Positions 1-12,370 of a stretch of 64,000 bases of DNA are shown here, piece by piece. The notes beneath the pieces were generated by a model that was not told where the DNA came from, ran no database searches, and saw nothing but the letters and a program-made list of their open reading frames with translations. Position numbers and translations under genes: made by a program. Position 1 is the first letter of the stretch; each line of letters opens with the position of its first letter. The DNA comes from Felis catus (Eukaryota): positions 29,514,001-29,578,000 of the forward strand of contig NC_058383.1 in NCBI RefSeq assembly GCF_018350175.1, written 5' to 3'.

Positions 1-630
1 GGGACGAATCACAGTACCTGCCTCACACAGCTGTTGTGAGAATTCAGTGAACTACAAGAACCGAATTAAATTCCAGCCACCTTCATCACTGTTACCATTA
101 CTGTCACTGTCTCCTTCTTATTATTACCTCCTACCGCTACTGAGCATGCCCCCATAGCTGTCATTATTAATATAATTACTCACCACATTTTCCCTCCCTT
201 CCCGCCAACCCTGAGCGCCTGTGCTAAGCATTCCTCCAAGAATGGAGAGTATTCTTGGAATTCTCGAAATGAGTTCTTCATTGTCTTCATTGATGGTTCA
301 GTGCCCACAACGGTTTAGCATCCCTAGTTCCCCCCGGGGAAGTTGGCCAACCTCAGGAAGTTGGTGGCTGTCAATACCTTTCTATCCAGGCTGCGTGGAT
401 ACAGCTAAGAAAATACAGGCTCTCCTGAGACTCCCTCCCTCACGGACTTGCCTTCCTCCGGCTCTGGGACACTCTGGGTTCATTCCTGGTTGGCCCAGCC
501 ACTGTGAAGCTGGCCCCCACCCCTTGCTACGGGAGTGGCAGGATCCCAGTCAAATAGGCCTGTGGACTTCTGGAAGCACCGATAACACTAAAACTAATCA
601 TAACAATAAGAACACCTGAAACGGGCTTAC

Positions 631-1023
631 TTCTTTCTTCCCAGGGAGAGCTAAAAGAGGCAGGCTTTTGAGTTTCCGATCATAAATGCTCCTTATGCCA
701 TGAGAGTAAACAACCCCTGCCTTCCTTCCTTATCTTTCATACATCCGGAGCATAGTGGGCAGAAGTCGGGTTTTGAAGAAAACATTCCTGAGGTTTCATG
801 CTGAACAACTGTCCAAGCTGGTATGGAAAGGAAGGGAGAAACAAAATCCCCCCACACCCGAAGTGTTACAAGAGCAGGGAAGCGACCGAATAAAAACCAA
901 ACCTCCGACGGCAAAATCAGGGAAGAGGTCAGCTAGGTTTTTCCGACCGAAGAGTTTCTGCGGACCCGGCCGGCCACGCAAGGTTTCTGCTAGGATCCCC
1001 TTTCAGGCGAAAGGCGACAAGTT
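631..1023 (-). other. Candidate non-coding exon (minus strand)
   Basis: Branch-like CTGAC, long pyrimidine tract and CACAG acceptor (1024-1060 on minus); donor GAA|GTAAGC at 630; no long ORF. Confidence 0.3.
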
Positions 1024-1289
1024 CTGTGAAGAGGGAAAGAAAGACGGGAAGTCAGAGGAAAAGAGAGAAGCTCACATGTTGGGAGCAGGAAGGGCCGAGA
1101 TCAAGGAGGCGATAAGAAGGCAGCCACAAGAGGCAAGATGCTTGCAGCCAGGGCAGCGGTCAAGGTAAGAGGACCACTAGGTGAGATTTTTCTCTAGAGG
1201 GCTAGAGCGGAAAACAGGAAAACTTCCTTCCTCCTCGCCAGCTCCCCAAGACTTTGTTGACAGATAGCTGCTCAAACAAATTTGTATTC

Positions 1290-1355
1290 TCATTTCAGCT
1301 GACTCATTTGGCTGGAACAATAAGCTTACATTCCAGAGCCTGGGCTGACCTCATG
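1290..1355. promoter_or_regulatory. AP-1/TEAD enhancer-like motif cluster
   Basis: TGACTCA 1300-1306 (in GCTGACTCAT), ACATTCCA 1328-1335, TGACCT 1346-1351 in repeat-free sequence. Confidence 0.35.
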
Positions 1356-1599
1356 CACCCCACTGCCCGTAAAATATTAACTATGTAATTAGTGCTTTTT
1401 GCACTAAGAAGGACCGTGAAATCTGCTGGGTTCTCTTCCGTCTCGCTTCCGACAGCAGCTTTCGGCATTCAGGGCTGTGTTCTCATGTCAGTCGTTCCCA
1501 GGGGAGAAAGGAGGGAGGAAGGGATGGGACGGAAGCATGTTTTACCATTTATCCAGATTGAAGGATCAGCCCTCGAACGAAAAAAAAAAGTTGCGAATA

Positions 1600-2904
1600 A
1601 AGAAAAATACAAAGATAGAGAGAGGCTGTGGTGATGAGTTGAAATCAGTAGTCTGGTTATAAACTGAAGTTTTTAAATAAATAGACAGATAAAGATATAA
1701 ATACAGAGGTGTGTATTTGCACGGACCGATACACATATTTCCAGGCTCTGAACACTGAGAGGTCCTAGAAGCAAGGATGCCTCAGTAGCAGTGAGCACCC
1801 TTAACACTCGTATCTTAGTTTCTAAGCACCATACTCCAATCAAAGGAACCAGGGCTCTGGGCAGAAGCGGTTGCTTCCAGAGCCGGGGCAAGGAAAATAC
1901 AAGATGAGCCAGGAACACCATGCAGTGCCAGAAAGCAATTTAAGCAACAAAAACAACAAAAGCCAGTAGTATTGGATTATAAACCTTGAAGGGAAATAAA
2001 TACCCTTGAGGTCATATTGATGGAAGGAAGGAAATATGGAAGGGAGGAAGGCAGGATGGGAGGGGGTCTCCTTAAAGAAGAATGACAATAAATGGAGAGT
2101 GAAGGAAGGAAATAAATAAAAAATCACCATGAGAAAAGCACAGGAAATAATTGCTACAGTAAGATCCACCCACGGGATGCTAAAATTTAAGTAGGCCAAA
2201 GTTTGAGGAGAAACAGGGTAATCTTGAAGTATCCCTTCCAAGATGTTTATTAATTATAACGGGAACGCTAGTAACCTCACGGCGAAGAAATCCTACAAAC
2301 ACCACATGAATCAAGCGATTGAGGTTAACGTCACTAGTACTAAGTTATGTTTTTATGTACGCCTGATACAGTTTGACAAAAAGGGCACTTCACCTCTGTG
2401 GCATCCTCACCCAGAACTCGTAACCCCTGTCATATACGGAAGAAAACATCAGATGCACCCAAACTGAGGGACATCCTACAAAGTACTTGGCATGCATTTT
2501 CTTTAAAGTGTTAAAGTCATGACACTAACATAACACTGCATGTTAACTATACACACAAAACAAAACAAAGCAAAACAAAATAAAACAAAATAAAAAGTGT
2601 CAAAGTCATAAGAGATGAGGAAAGCCTAAGGAATTGTCACAGACTGGAGGGGACTAAAGAGACATGACTGCGGTGGGAGACCCTGGACAGAAATAGGACC
2701 TCAGAGGAAAAAACTAGTGAAATCTGAACAAAGTCTATAGGTTAATTAATAATATTGTACCCATGTTAATTTCTTAGTTTCGATAATAATGCTATAGTTT
2801 AAAAGATACTAACATTCGGAGGTGCTGGGTGAAGGGTATAGGGGAATACCCTGCTGTTCTTGAAAATTTCCATAAGTCTAAAATTGTTTGAAAATAAAAA
2901 GTTT
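1600..2904 (+). mobile_element. Old L1 3' UTR (L1MC/L1MD-like)
   Basis: Recognisable L1MC 3'-end text (aaaggaaccagggctc, ggaaaatacaagatgagcc, aaactgagggacatcctaca, ending aaaataaaaagttt). Confidence 0.75.
2521..2593 (+). mobile_element. Extremely 5'-truncated carnivore L1 3' end with A-rich tail
   Basis: aacataacactgcatgttaactatac plus (CAAAA)n, flanked by 16-bp TSD aaagtgt(t/c)aaagtcat at 2505-2520 and 2594-2609. Confidence 0.65.
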
Positions 2905-2905
2905 T

Positions 2906-3097
2906 GGGGGCTTCTGGGTAGCTCAGTCAGTGAAGTGTCTGACTCCTGATTTCGGCTCAGGTCATGATCTCACAGTTTGTGAGATCAAGCCTCACATCAG
3001 GCTCTGTGCTGACGATGTGGAGCCTGTTTGGGATTCTCCCTTTCCCTCTCTTTCTGCCCTTCCCTGCACTCCCTCTCTCAAAATAAATAAACACTGA

Positions 3098-3135
<38 letters not shown>
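2906..3135 (+). mobile_element. Can-SINE (SINEC) with (GAAA)n tail
   Basis: tRNA-derived head gctcagtc...ggctcaggtcatgatct, CT-rich body, aaataaataaa tail. Confidence 0.95.
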
Positions 3136-3136
<1 letters not shown>

Positions 3137-3188
3137 GCCCTTAAGAGCTATCTGTTTCAAAAATTAAAAAAAAAAAGGGGCGGGGGAG

Positions 3189-3406
3189 GGGGTGTCTGGG
3201 TGACTCAGTGGGTTGGGTATCCAACTTCAGCTCAGGTCATGATCTCACGGGTTGTGGGTTCAATCCCCGCATCGGGCTCTGTGCCAACAGCCTGGAGCCT
3301 GGAGCCTGCTTCGGATTCTGTGTCTCCCTCTTTCTCTGTCCCTGTGCCACTTATGATCTGTCTCTCAAAAATAAATAAACGTTTAAAAAAATTAAAAAAA
3401 AAAAAA
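3189..3406 (+). mobile_element. Can-SINE (felid SINEC)
   Basis: Full head, agcctggagcctg core, A tail. Confidence 0.95.
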
Positions 3407-3983
3407 GAGCTGTTTCTTGGGGGAGAGATTTGAGGGGGAGTTTCATTTGACAACAAGACAAGATTCCCAACCTCAGAGAGCTTACTCCCTAGGGGAGGAG
3501 AGCAGACTCCAGATAAGTACAAAAAAAAAAAAAAAAGAAAGAAAGAAAGAAAGAAAAAGAAAGAAAGAAAGTAACGGCAAGCTGTGCCAAATGCTGTGAA
3601 GGAAGTCAGTCAGGGGGGTCTGGGAAAAGCATTTCTAAGGTAATGACTCCATGACTGACACCTAAGGAATAAGGAGCTGAACCTACCAAGAACAGGAGAA
3701 GAAGAGCCCCAAGCAGAGAGAAAAAGACGGGCAAAGCCTGGAACCAGGAAAGATCTTGGCGTGTTAGAAGAGATGGGGCACAGATCACCAAGAATACTAG
3801 GTCATCCTTTGACTTCAAAGGAAATCCTAAATCCACAGTAGACACCACCACCTCTGCCACCCATCCTGTGTCACAGGGTCCTCCCCCAAATCCTACCCTA
3901 CTGGGTAGGGATGAATGAAACCGTCACCATTACCTACAAACCCTCTCTGAACGGCAATAACAAATGGGGTGTAATCATGGGCT

Positions 3984-4372
3984 GTGGTCTCAATGTTTGT
4001 GCCCCCTCTCCGCCCCCCCCCCAATTCATACATTGAAACCTAACCCCCAAGGTGAAAGTGTTAGGAGGTGGGGTCTTTGGGAGGTGGTTCGGTCATGACA
4101 CTCCATTCCCATGACACTCCATTCCCAGGAGTGGAATCAGTGCCCTTCTAAAAGGACCCCCACGGGCTCCCTCGCCCCTTCCGCCACGTGAGGACACAGA
4201 GAGAAGATGGCCGACTCCGAACCCGGAAGTGGTTCCCTCCGGACACCGGATCTGCCGGCGGCGCCTTGACCTTGGGTTTCCCCGCCTCCAGAAGCGGGAG
4301 AAATAAATGCGGGTTGTTTGGGAGCCACCAAGTTTATGGTATTTCCGTGAACAGCCTGGAGGGACCCAGACA
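3984..4372 (+). mobile_element. MaLR solo LTR (MLT1A-like)
   Basis: aatgtttgtgcccc...aattcata...ttaggaggtgggg...gaggacacag...aaataaatg...agccaccaagtttatggtattt. Confidence 0.85.
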
Positions 4373-4784
4373 CCTCACCAGGATTTTAAGGTCGTGTGAA
4401 GGCGCGTGGCTTAAGTCACAGCGGCGGGGAAATCAATGTCTGTGCTGTTCTTCTCCCCTGGCAAAACCCGCCGTGAGAGGAAGAGCCCAAAGGGGAGGAC
4501 TGTTTCTCAGCAGAGCACACTCCTGAGAGGAGAGGCCCCTGCGCGCCACGTCCAAAGCGGTTTGCAATTCGAGAGTTGAGAAGTAACGAACTGTCCAGAG
4601 AGGGAAAACTAGTGGAGAAGAATACTTGGGAGGGAAAGTAAAAGCAAGGACGGAGGGGACGATGTGCAAGGGGACTCCCAAGATACCTGACGACCGTTTG
4701 TAAGTTGTCTGTGTTGGAAGTCCCTTCCAGAACCCCGGCCCCCGGCCGAGCTCTACCGCACGCTCGGGACTGGCGTGCCTCTGC

Positions 4785-4997
4785 ATCTGTGCGCGTGTCC
4801 GTGAGTGTGCACGTGTGTCTGTCTGTCTGTGCCCGTGTCTGTGTGTGCCCGTGAAGGACTGTTTGTGTCGGTCTGAGCCTGTGCGGATCGCGGTGCCTGT
4901 CCAGGCTTGGCCATGTCTTTGTTTTTATGTGCTTCTGTTTCTAAGTCTGTGTGTGTCCGCGTCTCTGTGTGTCCGTGCCTGGGTGTGTTGTGTGTGT
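4785..4997. repeat. Degenerate (TG)n low-complexity tract
   Basis: TG/TC-rich alternating sequence. Confidence 0.8.
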
Positions 4998-5588
4998 TGG
5001 AAAAGGCAGCAAGGGGCTGAATGGCTGCCAGAGGGAAGGCAGATGAATCGCCTTGAGAGGCAGAGGGAGAAGCTGGCGGAGCCAGGAGGAAGTCGGGGCC
5101 CAGGTGACAGTGAGAAAGGCCCCAGGAGTTCAGTGACATCCTGGCAAGGACCTTGGAATTTCCCCCGGGGCTTGGAATGCAGTGGGAGTGGGAAGTCGGT
5201 GGATAAATATCTAAAGACCTCAAAGGGCAGGAGGGCCAGCCCCCAAATTGGGCCCCGGCTCCCAGCATCGTATCCTCATCTTGCAGCAGAGAAAACGGAG
5301 TCTCTCGGTCAAGACTTTCTTAAGACGGAAGAGGAACCCTCAATCGCTGGGCTTCCAGAGGCCCTGAAAACACCGAATCATCCCACACTGAGAAAATCAT
5401 CCCTTTCTATCACTTTCAATCTCTCTGCTGAGACAGCCTGTGGTTGGCACTGCTCTCTCTTTAACACCTCTTTTGTTTACCTTTTTCGAAAGAAAATCTT
5501 TTTTCTTTAGTATCAATCAAGAGCACCCCAGCCTAAGGCACAATGGTTGGAACACAGTCTCTCATGGATATACAGAAATACAGCTCGA

Positions 5589-5716
5589 GGGGCGCCCGGG
5601 TGGCTCAGCCAGCGGGGTGTCCGACTCTTGATTTCTGCTCAGGTCATGATCTCACGGTTCATGGATTCTAGCCCGGAATCGGGTTCTGCGCTGACAGTGT
5701 GGAGCCTGCTTGAGAT

Positions 5717-5766
<50 letters not shown>

Positions 5767-5815
5767 CCTCCCACGTGCTTGCTCTCCCTCTCAAAATAAA
5801 TAAACTTAAAAAAAA
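5589..5815 (+). mobile_element. Can-SINE
   Basis: ggggcgcccgggtggctcag head, (CT)n, A tail. Confidence 0.95.
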
Positions 5816-6097
5816 TGGAGACTTTTGTGATATCATAGGTACATTCAGGAGAGCTTTTGTTCATTTTCTTGCTTTGAATTTTTATTTTGAAAAGAAAATC
5901 CAAACCCACGGAAAACTTACAAGAAGTGTACAATAAACTCTCATACTCTTCACCTAGAGTTACCAACTGTTTACATGTTGGCACATTTGCTTTCTTTCTG
6001 TGTGTGTAGGTACACATATATACACACATGTGTAATATGCACACATACACATGAAGACACATGTGTGTATACACACACACACACATACACACGTGTT

Positions 6098-6298
6098 AAA
6101 ATTTTTTTTAATGTTTATTTATTTTTGAGAAAGAGACGGAGTGGGAGCAGGGGAGGGGCAGAGACAGAGGCAGACACAGAATCCAAAGCAGCCTCAGGCT
6201 CTGAGCTGTCAGCACAGAGCCCCACGCGAACCCACAAACCGTGAGATCACGACCTGAGCCGAAGTCGGACGCTTAACCGAATGAGCCGCCCACGCACC
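6098..6298 (-). mobile_element. Can-SINE inside an old L1 fragment
   Basis: Reverse SINE text aatgtttatttatttttgaga...gacctgagccgaagtcggacgcttaacc. Confidence 0.95.
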
Positions 6299-6378
6299 TT
6301 GCACATACACACACTTTTAAAAAATAAAACAGGAAAGATTTACAATGGAATCAGCCCTATACTCTTCATTTTCCGGGG

Positions 6379-6534
6379 CAATGGTTCTCAAACGTCTCTG
6401 CACATTTGGGGAGACTTTTACAAAATGCCACCCCCACAGGTGCTGATAGAATTCAGGTGGAGTGAGGTTTAGGCTTCAGAATGTTAGTAGCTCCCAGGAG
6501 GATTCAAAAGTGCAGCCAACAGTGAGAACCACTG
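6379..6534. mobile_element. MER5-type hAT-Charlie non-autonomous element
   Basis: Terminal inverted repeats caatggttctca / tgagaaccactg. Confidence 0.7.
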
Positions 6535-7082
6535 TCCCATCTTTTTCTTAAAGGTAAGCCATTACACTCACCTCTCAATCTTGAAAACGCTTTTTTCTCA
6601 GAAGAAAAATAGTGGGAATCAATTGCCACTATCATCACCCTTTATCCCTAAATACTTCATGTATCTCCTAAGAGCAAGAAAGGACGTTTGCTTACATAAC
6701 CAGAGCATAATCACTACCTCGAGAAATTTCACAGTGACACCAAGCCAGCATCTAATATTAAATCCATATTCAGAAGTTTGCGAACTGTCCCAATAAAGTC
6801 ATTCCAGTAATTGTAGCTTTTGTGATCCAGGATCCAGTCCAGAATCATGTTGCATTTACATGTCTTTTCTCTTTCCTCTTATTTAATCTAAAGCAGGTCC
6901 TCAGTCTTTCTTAGCCTTCCATGACATTGCCCAAACTCCCTCTTTAACCTCGGGAAACTCAGAGCCTAGAGCTAATGGCACTATCCAGCTGGAATGCAGT
7001 CGACTTTTGTCTTCTGCCTATTTATCTTTCTGGTCAACTTCTGTTTACGGCAAGTGACACTCATTTCTTATTTATGGTAGTG

Positions 7083-7084
<2 letters not shown>

Positions 7085-7113
<29 letters not shown>

Positions 7114-7128
7114 TGTGTGCGTGTGTGT
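7085..7128. repeat. (GT)n microsatellite
   Basis: Direct reading. Confidence 0.95.
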
Positions 7129-7202
7129 TTAATTTAGAGAGTGAGTGAGTGTAAAGGGAAATATAACTAAGGAAATAACAAAACAGGCATGTCGATCTAG
7201 CC

Positions 7203-7432
7203 CAGGTCTTCCCGAGCTCAGCACTATTGCCATTTGGGGCCCGATAATTCTGGCTTTTGGGGGCTGTCCTGCGCAACGTAGGATGCTTAGTGGCATCCCA
7301 GGGCTCTGCCCATTGGATGCCAGTAGTGCCCTCTGTTCCCCCTCTGGTCGCGACAACCCAAAATGTCTCCAGACAAGCGGCCAAGCGGCCCCTATCCACA
7401 GGGAGGCAAACTCGCTTGGTTGAGAGCCACTG
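7203..7432. mobile_element. MER20 (hAT-Charlie)
   Basis: gcactattgccatttgggg...ggatgccagtag...acaacccaaaatgtctccagaca...ggttgagagccactg. Confidence 0.85.
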
Positions 7433-9967
7433 ATGTAGCCCCAGGCATGAGAGAGGAGGGTGAGGAGCTGAAGTTTGGGAACCTGTAGTGGGACACTTGC
7501 CTCTGTCCATTCAGGGTAAGTGACGCTTACCTCCCGCTTGGGCCTCGTCTGGCGCTCCGGGAGCCACAGCAAAGCAAAGGGAGGTGGGGGTGATCTAAGA
7601 GGCAGAAAAACGTAAACCGGGAAGGAGCTAGGAAAATCATACTGTCACCAGGAATTAAGTCTCCTTAAGCTTTGTGACCCCTCACAGAAGTTCTCCTGCC
7701 CCGATAATTCCTTTTAAGACACGAATTGGATCATTTCAGTTCCCTGATTAAAAGCCTCCAGTAACTTCCTATCACATGCTGAGTAAGAGCCAAGGACCAA
7801 GTGGACCCCGCAGGGTGATCTCGCGCCTCTCTTTCCCTTGGGGTCCACTCGACCTGCTCCCCATCACTGTCTTCTGCAGCCGCTCTGGACCCCTCTCTCT
7901 CCAAAGTCTCACCATGTTCATTTCTGAACGAAACTCTTGCATTGCTGTGTCCCCTGTGTGGCATGCGGTGTCCTCAGATCTTGGTAGGGCTGGCCTCCTG
8001 TCATCAGGTCTCAGTTCAGCTGTCACCTCCCCCTAGCGTGCCATACACAGAAGCCCTCTCTCCCAGGGTCCTCTTTGCACTTTCTGTGGCAGGCACTGTT
8101 GGCCAGCTGACCTGACTTTCAATATCAGCTCCCTTCTCCTTCACGGCCATCCAGGCAGAGGTGCCCATTGGACCCCCATCTGGCCAACGACAGGTCCTGG
8201 CATCACCCCTCTCCCTCTTCCACCGTCTGCTGGATCACAGGGCCGATGGCTGGAGCTGTGCAGCCATTCTGTGACCAGGAGGAAAAGACAATGCGAATAG
8301 CGATTCCTGAGCCGGAGGACCAGCACCAGCATCCTCACTGTCTGTTCCATGGAGGGAAATCAATCCCAAGGGTTTACACCACCAGGATCGGGCTATCGGG
8401 TATTTGCGGCCAAAACCACCCGTGACTGAAATTACTCTGTTAATTTAGGTGTTTGCTTTTTGTCCCTAACATCCGCTTGAAGGGCCGTGAGACAGGGATT
8501 CATGTCTGTCTTATTCACGATTACATTTTCAGGGCCTGGGCATGGGGCCTGACTCAGGTGAGAGCCCCATCACTATTAACCGGTGTGCTCCCCAGTTCTC
8601 TCACACATCAAATAGGGACAGTCACAGCACCCTAACAGATTGTAAGGACAAGATGAGTCAGTGCATGCATAGTGTTTACAGCACAGAGTCACGGCTCAGA
8701 GTTGACTTAATGACCTCATTAACGTGTGGAAGAAAGGATTCCTTCTCTCTGTGATTTTGCAGCAGTGGCCCTTGGCTTTCCCCCCTTCTCTTCAAATCAA
8801 AGCTGTGTTTACTTGGTGCTGACAAGTCAGGCTATCGGTTAAGAAACGTGACCACTGTGGTTGGAAGAAATCCACGCCTTTTACAGTGAGCTGTTGGATT
8901 AGCACCTTGAGGGAGTGGAGAGAAAGACAGACACCGGGACACAAAAGGGTAGAGCGAATAAAGCCTGGTATATTCCAAAGTTCAGGCCAACGAACGCTGG
9001 AAACGAAACCTAATATAGGATTGTGCTGTTGCACGCCGTGGGAGAACGGAACTGTGTGTTATAACTCACGCTTGGCTAAAGCCACTTAGAGGTAAGTTGG
9101 AGGTTATGGGGACAGAGAGTCACCACGTGTTGGGAGGCGTCGGGGGAAAGGGGTTCATTCATTCATTCACTCAACACAATATTTATGGAACAGCTGCGAT
9201 GTGTCGTGCAAAGAGGGATCCGGCAGGGGAAACAGCGAGCGTCCGCCTTGTCTGAAACGATCGGGTGGTTCTAAGGGACCCCACAATCATTTTTCCCTAG
9301 TTGCCTTGCAACCAAGTAGATGCCACTCCACATTTCAGATCCCACGTGACATAGCTCTTGACTAATCTTACCGCTACTATCATTTCCCAGTATTTACTCT
9401 GTACGAGGTGCTACGTTGACACCCCTTTACCAACCATGGTGGAGACCATTTGCTAGGCATCTCTCCAGCATTCGTTTCCTTTTTCTTTACAAACAGAACA
9501 AAAACAAAAACAAACCTCCCTTTTATTCAGGGTCACACCAAAGAGACCGTATCCCCAAATAAAACTGGCACCAATCTTTATGATTAGCAGCCAACCACAC
9601 ATCCCAAGGAGCACAGTGAGGTAGGGATTAATATCATCCTCATCTCACAGGTGAGCAAACCAAGGGTCAGAGAGTTTAAATGATTTGCCAAAGGCCATAG
9701 GGCTTCTAGCTGGTGGTAGCTTGGTTCCAGAACCCACGCTTTTTATTCTTTTGGTGTATTCTCAGGCACACAGAAAGCACATGTACAGCTCTCCCATTTA
9801 ACCCTCCCAGGAGCCTCGGCAGGGAGTGTAATGGGTAAGATCTTCAAATATCTGGGGACATACGTTCCTTAATCAGCCAGCTGGCTTCCTTCCTTGAACC
9901 ACCTTCCTCCCCACTCCTAAAGCTAATCCCTTCCAGGTCAGTGGAGTGAAGAGCCTAAAAGAAGAGC

Positions 9968-9998
<31 letters not shown>

Positions 9999-11434
9999 AA
10001 GCAGTCAGCTGCGTCTGGATGCCCATCTAGGCAGGACTCCCAGGAGAAGATTGTTACGGTGTGGGAAAAGCCAAAGGCAGAGAAGATTTTGCATCATTTC
10101 CCATATGGGATTCTACGAAGAGACATTCAAATAAAATCAGTACACAACGCGGTTAGGCAGAGGGAGGGCTTGAATTTTGCATCTGGAAGGTTCCATGTGC
10201 CCTGTGGACGGATAGAGAAAACAGCTGACGGTGTTGATGGGTGGCATTAATGGGAGTTGCTCTGGGAACGGTGAAGTGGCCACAGGGTGACCAGAGACGA
10301 CCATGGGCAAAGTGGGTGTGGCAGCCAGACCACAGGGGGAAACTGGGCACCGGAAAGAGCTGAGGTAGGGCTGGCCAGCTGGGAGGCACCCTGAGTGGAC
10401 CGAGCGAACCGCCAGCTGTCTAGCTGTCCACCAGTTGTAGACCCAGCAAGTGCGACCTGCTGGGACACGAGCAGGACAACAGGAGTAATAGAGGCCACCT
10501 CCCAGGATTATGAGGGTACAGTAGGAGCCGTGAGGGCGTGTGACAGAGGTCAGACGCTAGACACGGGACTTCGGACCTCACCCTTTCTTCCATCCTGCTG
10601 TCTTGCCACAGCCGCTGCCGTGAGCGATGCCTAGAGCCGTGGGGACCTGGGTGGTGGCTTAGGGACAGGAAAGAGACAAACAGGCCTCATTTTAATGCTT
10701 GTCCGCAACCTGGACCTGGTTTTTTAAGGTGAGCCTCGCCTAACCAGCAGTCGGTGTTTATTGATATGTAGTAAGTCAATGACCAAATGAATGAGTGATG
10801 AAGGCCTTTCCCAGGGACTTTGGGAGTCTTGGAAACCTTTCCGGCAATACCCTCCTGTTAGAGAATGAAGACGTGTGTATTACAGGAGGGAGGAAACAGT
10901 TGCCTGCAGATTTCTTTTTTTAGCGCAGCACCGAGGGGATTCAAGAGGGGACAGCCAGAGCTGGAGCACAGACGAAGGCCCACCAACTGGTGTCACGTGA
11001 GGCTCTGGCCTGCTTTTGGCAGGATCACCAAAACAGCAGAAGGGAGTCACTTTTCAGTCCCCGTTCAGATGTCACCGCCTCCCGGAAGCCTTCCCGGATA
11101 GCCGCCCGCCAGGTTGAGATGCCTACTCTGTGCTTCTCTCTACGGACCCCTTACCTAGAACAGTCTGCTCATCGCGGTTCTGCCTTGAAGGTGAGTGCTG
11201 AGAGTCAAGGTGGTGTCCCATTTGAGTTTCCCGTGTCCCGAGCACTGGGTCTGGCCCCCGGTGGGCATGCGAGAAATAAGAGGAGCCGTTCACCGAGCGC
11301 TCCCCAAGTCCCAGGCTCTGTGCTAAGCGCTTTAGCTACCAGTGCCTTCCACCGGCTCGGTAAGCTCAGGAGCCGGGGTGGCCTGATGATGCCACGGTAC
11401 AGGTAAGAAAGCTGACGCCAAGAGCCGCTAAGAA

Positions 11435-11474
<40 letters not shown>

Positions 11475-11499
11475 TTTCTGCATCCTTCTCTTCCAGAGC

Positions 11500-12370
11500 G
11501 CCTGGCCTAAATTCTTGAGGTTTGGGAACAGCACGGAAGCTCAGGGCGACGGGGCTGTCCGCCTGGGTGGTGGCTGGCCGGGTGGGTGGGGACGAAGACG
11601 GAACAATGGAGAGCCGGCACATGGTAGCAATTGGCCTCTGTGCCTAGACCACCCGAGGAGCCGGGCCCCGTGGCCTCGGAGCAGGGAGCGTGAAGGGCGC
11701 CCGCTGTCGGTGCCGTCTGCGAACGGATTTGGCACCGACGGGCGCAAGGCAGCCGGTGGCGGTAGGCGCCTGAAAGCTTCTGGCGGAAGGAATCGGGCAC
11801 AAAAAGCACCGACCTCAAAACCCCAGCCACACATCTGGACGTGTGCAGAGGGGAGCGGACGGGGGATGCGGACGGTGACGTCCAAATACCAGCCCGAAGG
11901 CCCAACGGGGAAGAAGATCCCGCCCCCCCCCCCTCTGCCGCGCCTCCCACTTTAGAGATGAATAAAATAGGGCCCTGGTTCTGCTGTTCCGGGAGGACCC
12001 CCCCCCCCATCTCGGGACAGACTCTTGAAGTCCCCCGGGGGGGGGGGGGGGGCTTTCCTTTGTGGCCTTTCCTGCCCACGCTCTGGGCTACCCGTAAATC
12101 TAACCCTGTCCACGGCCAGCGGGCCTCAAGAGCCGGGAGACTCACGGGGGCAAACAACTTGACAAAAACAATCTGTCCCATAAACAAAGTCGGTGGAAAG
12201 CGTCCAGCCCCACACAATGGAGCTAATCTTCTGGGCACACATTTCCCGTCCGGGGTATTAGCGTAGACACCGCTTCCTCCTAGGTGGAGGTAACGCCACT
12301 TGGCCCGCGGATCCAAGAACAATAATGCTCCGTAGATCCCCAGCTCCCCCCCCCCCCACCCGTCCGAGGC
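11500..12370. promoter_or_regulatory. CpG-rich enhancer/promoter-like island
   Basis: High GC and CpG density, repeat-free, SOX-type motifs at 12167-12220. Confidence 0.4.

Noticed and set aside
755..1168. 137-aa basic ORF ending at a splice donor
   Set aside because: GTG start, stops upstream in the putative exon, and K/R/E richness explained by the purine tract; no family recognised
4753..5510. ORFs of 171 and 231 aa
   Set aside because: Products of the degenerate (TG)n tract
11507..12322. 271-aa minus-strand ORF
   Set aside because: Non-ATG start, GC-rich stop-poor sequence open in several frames, no recognisable domain
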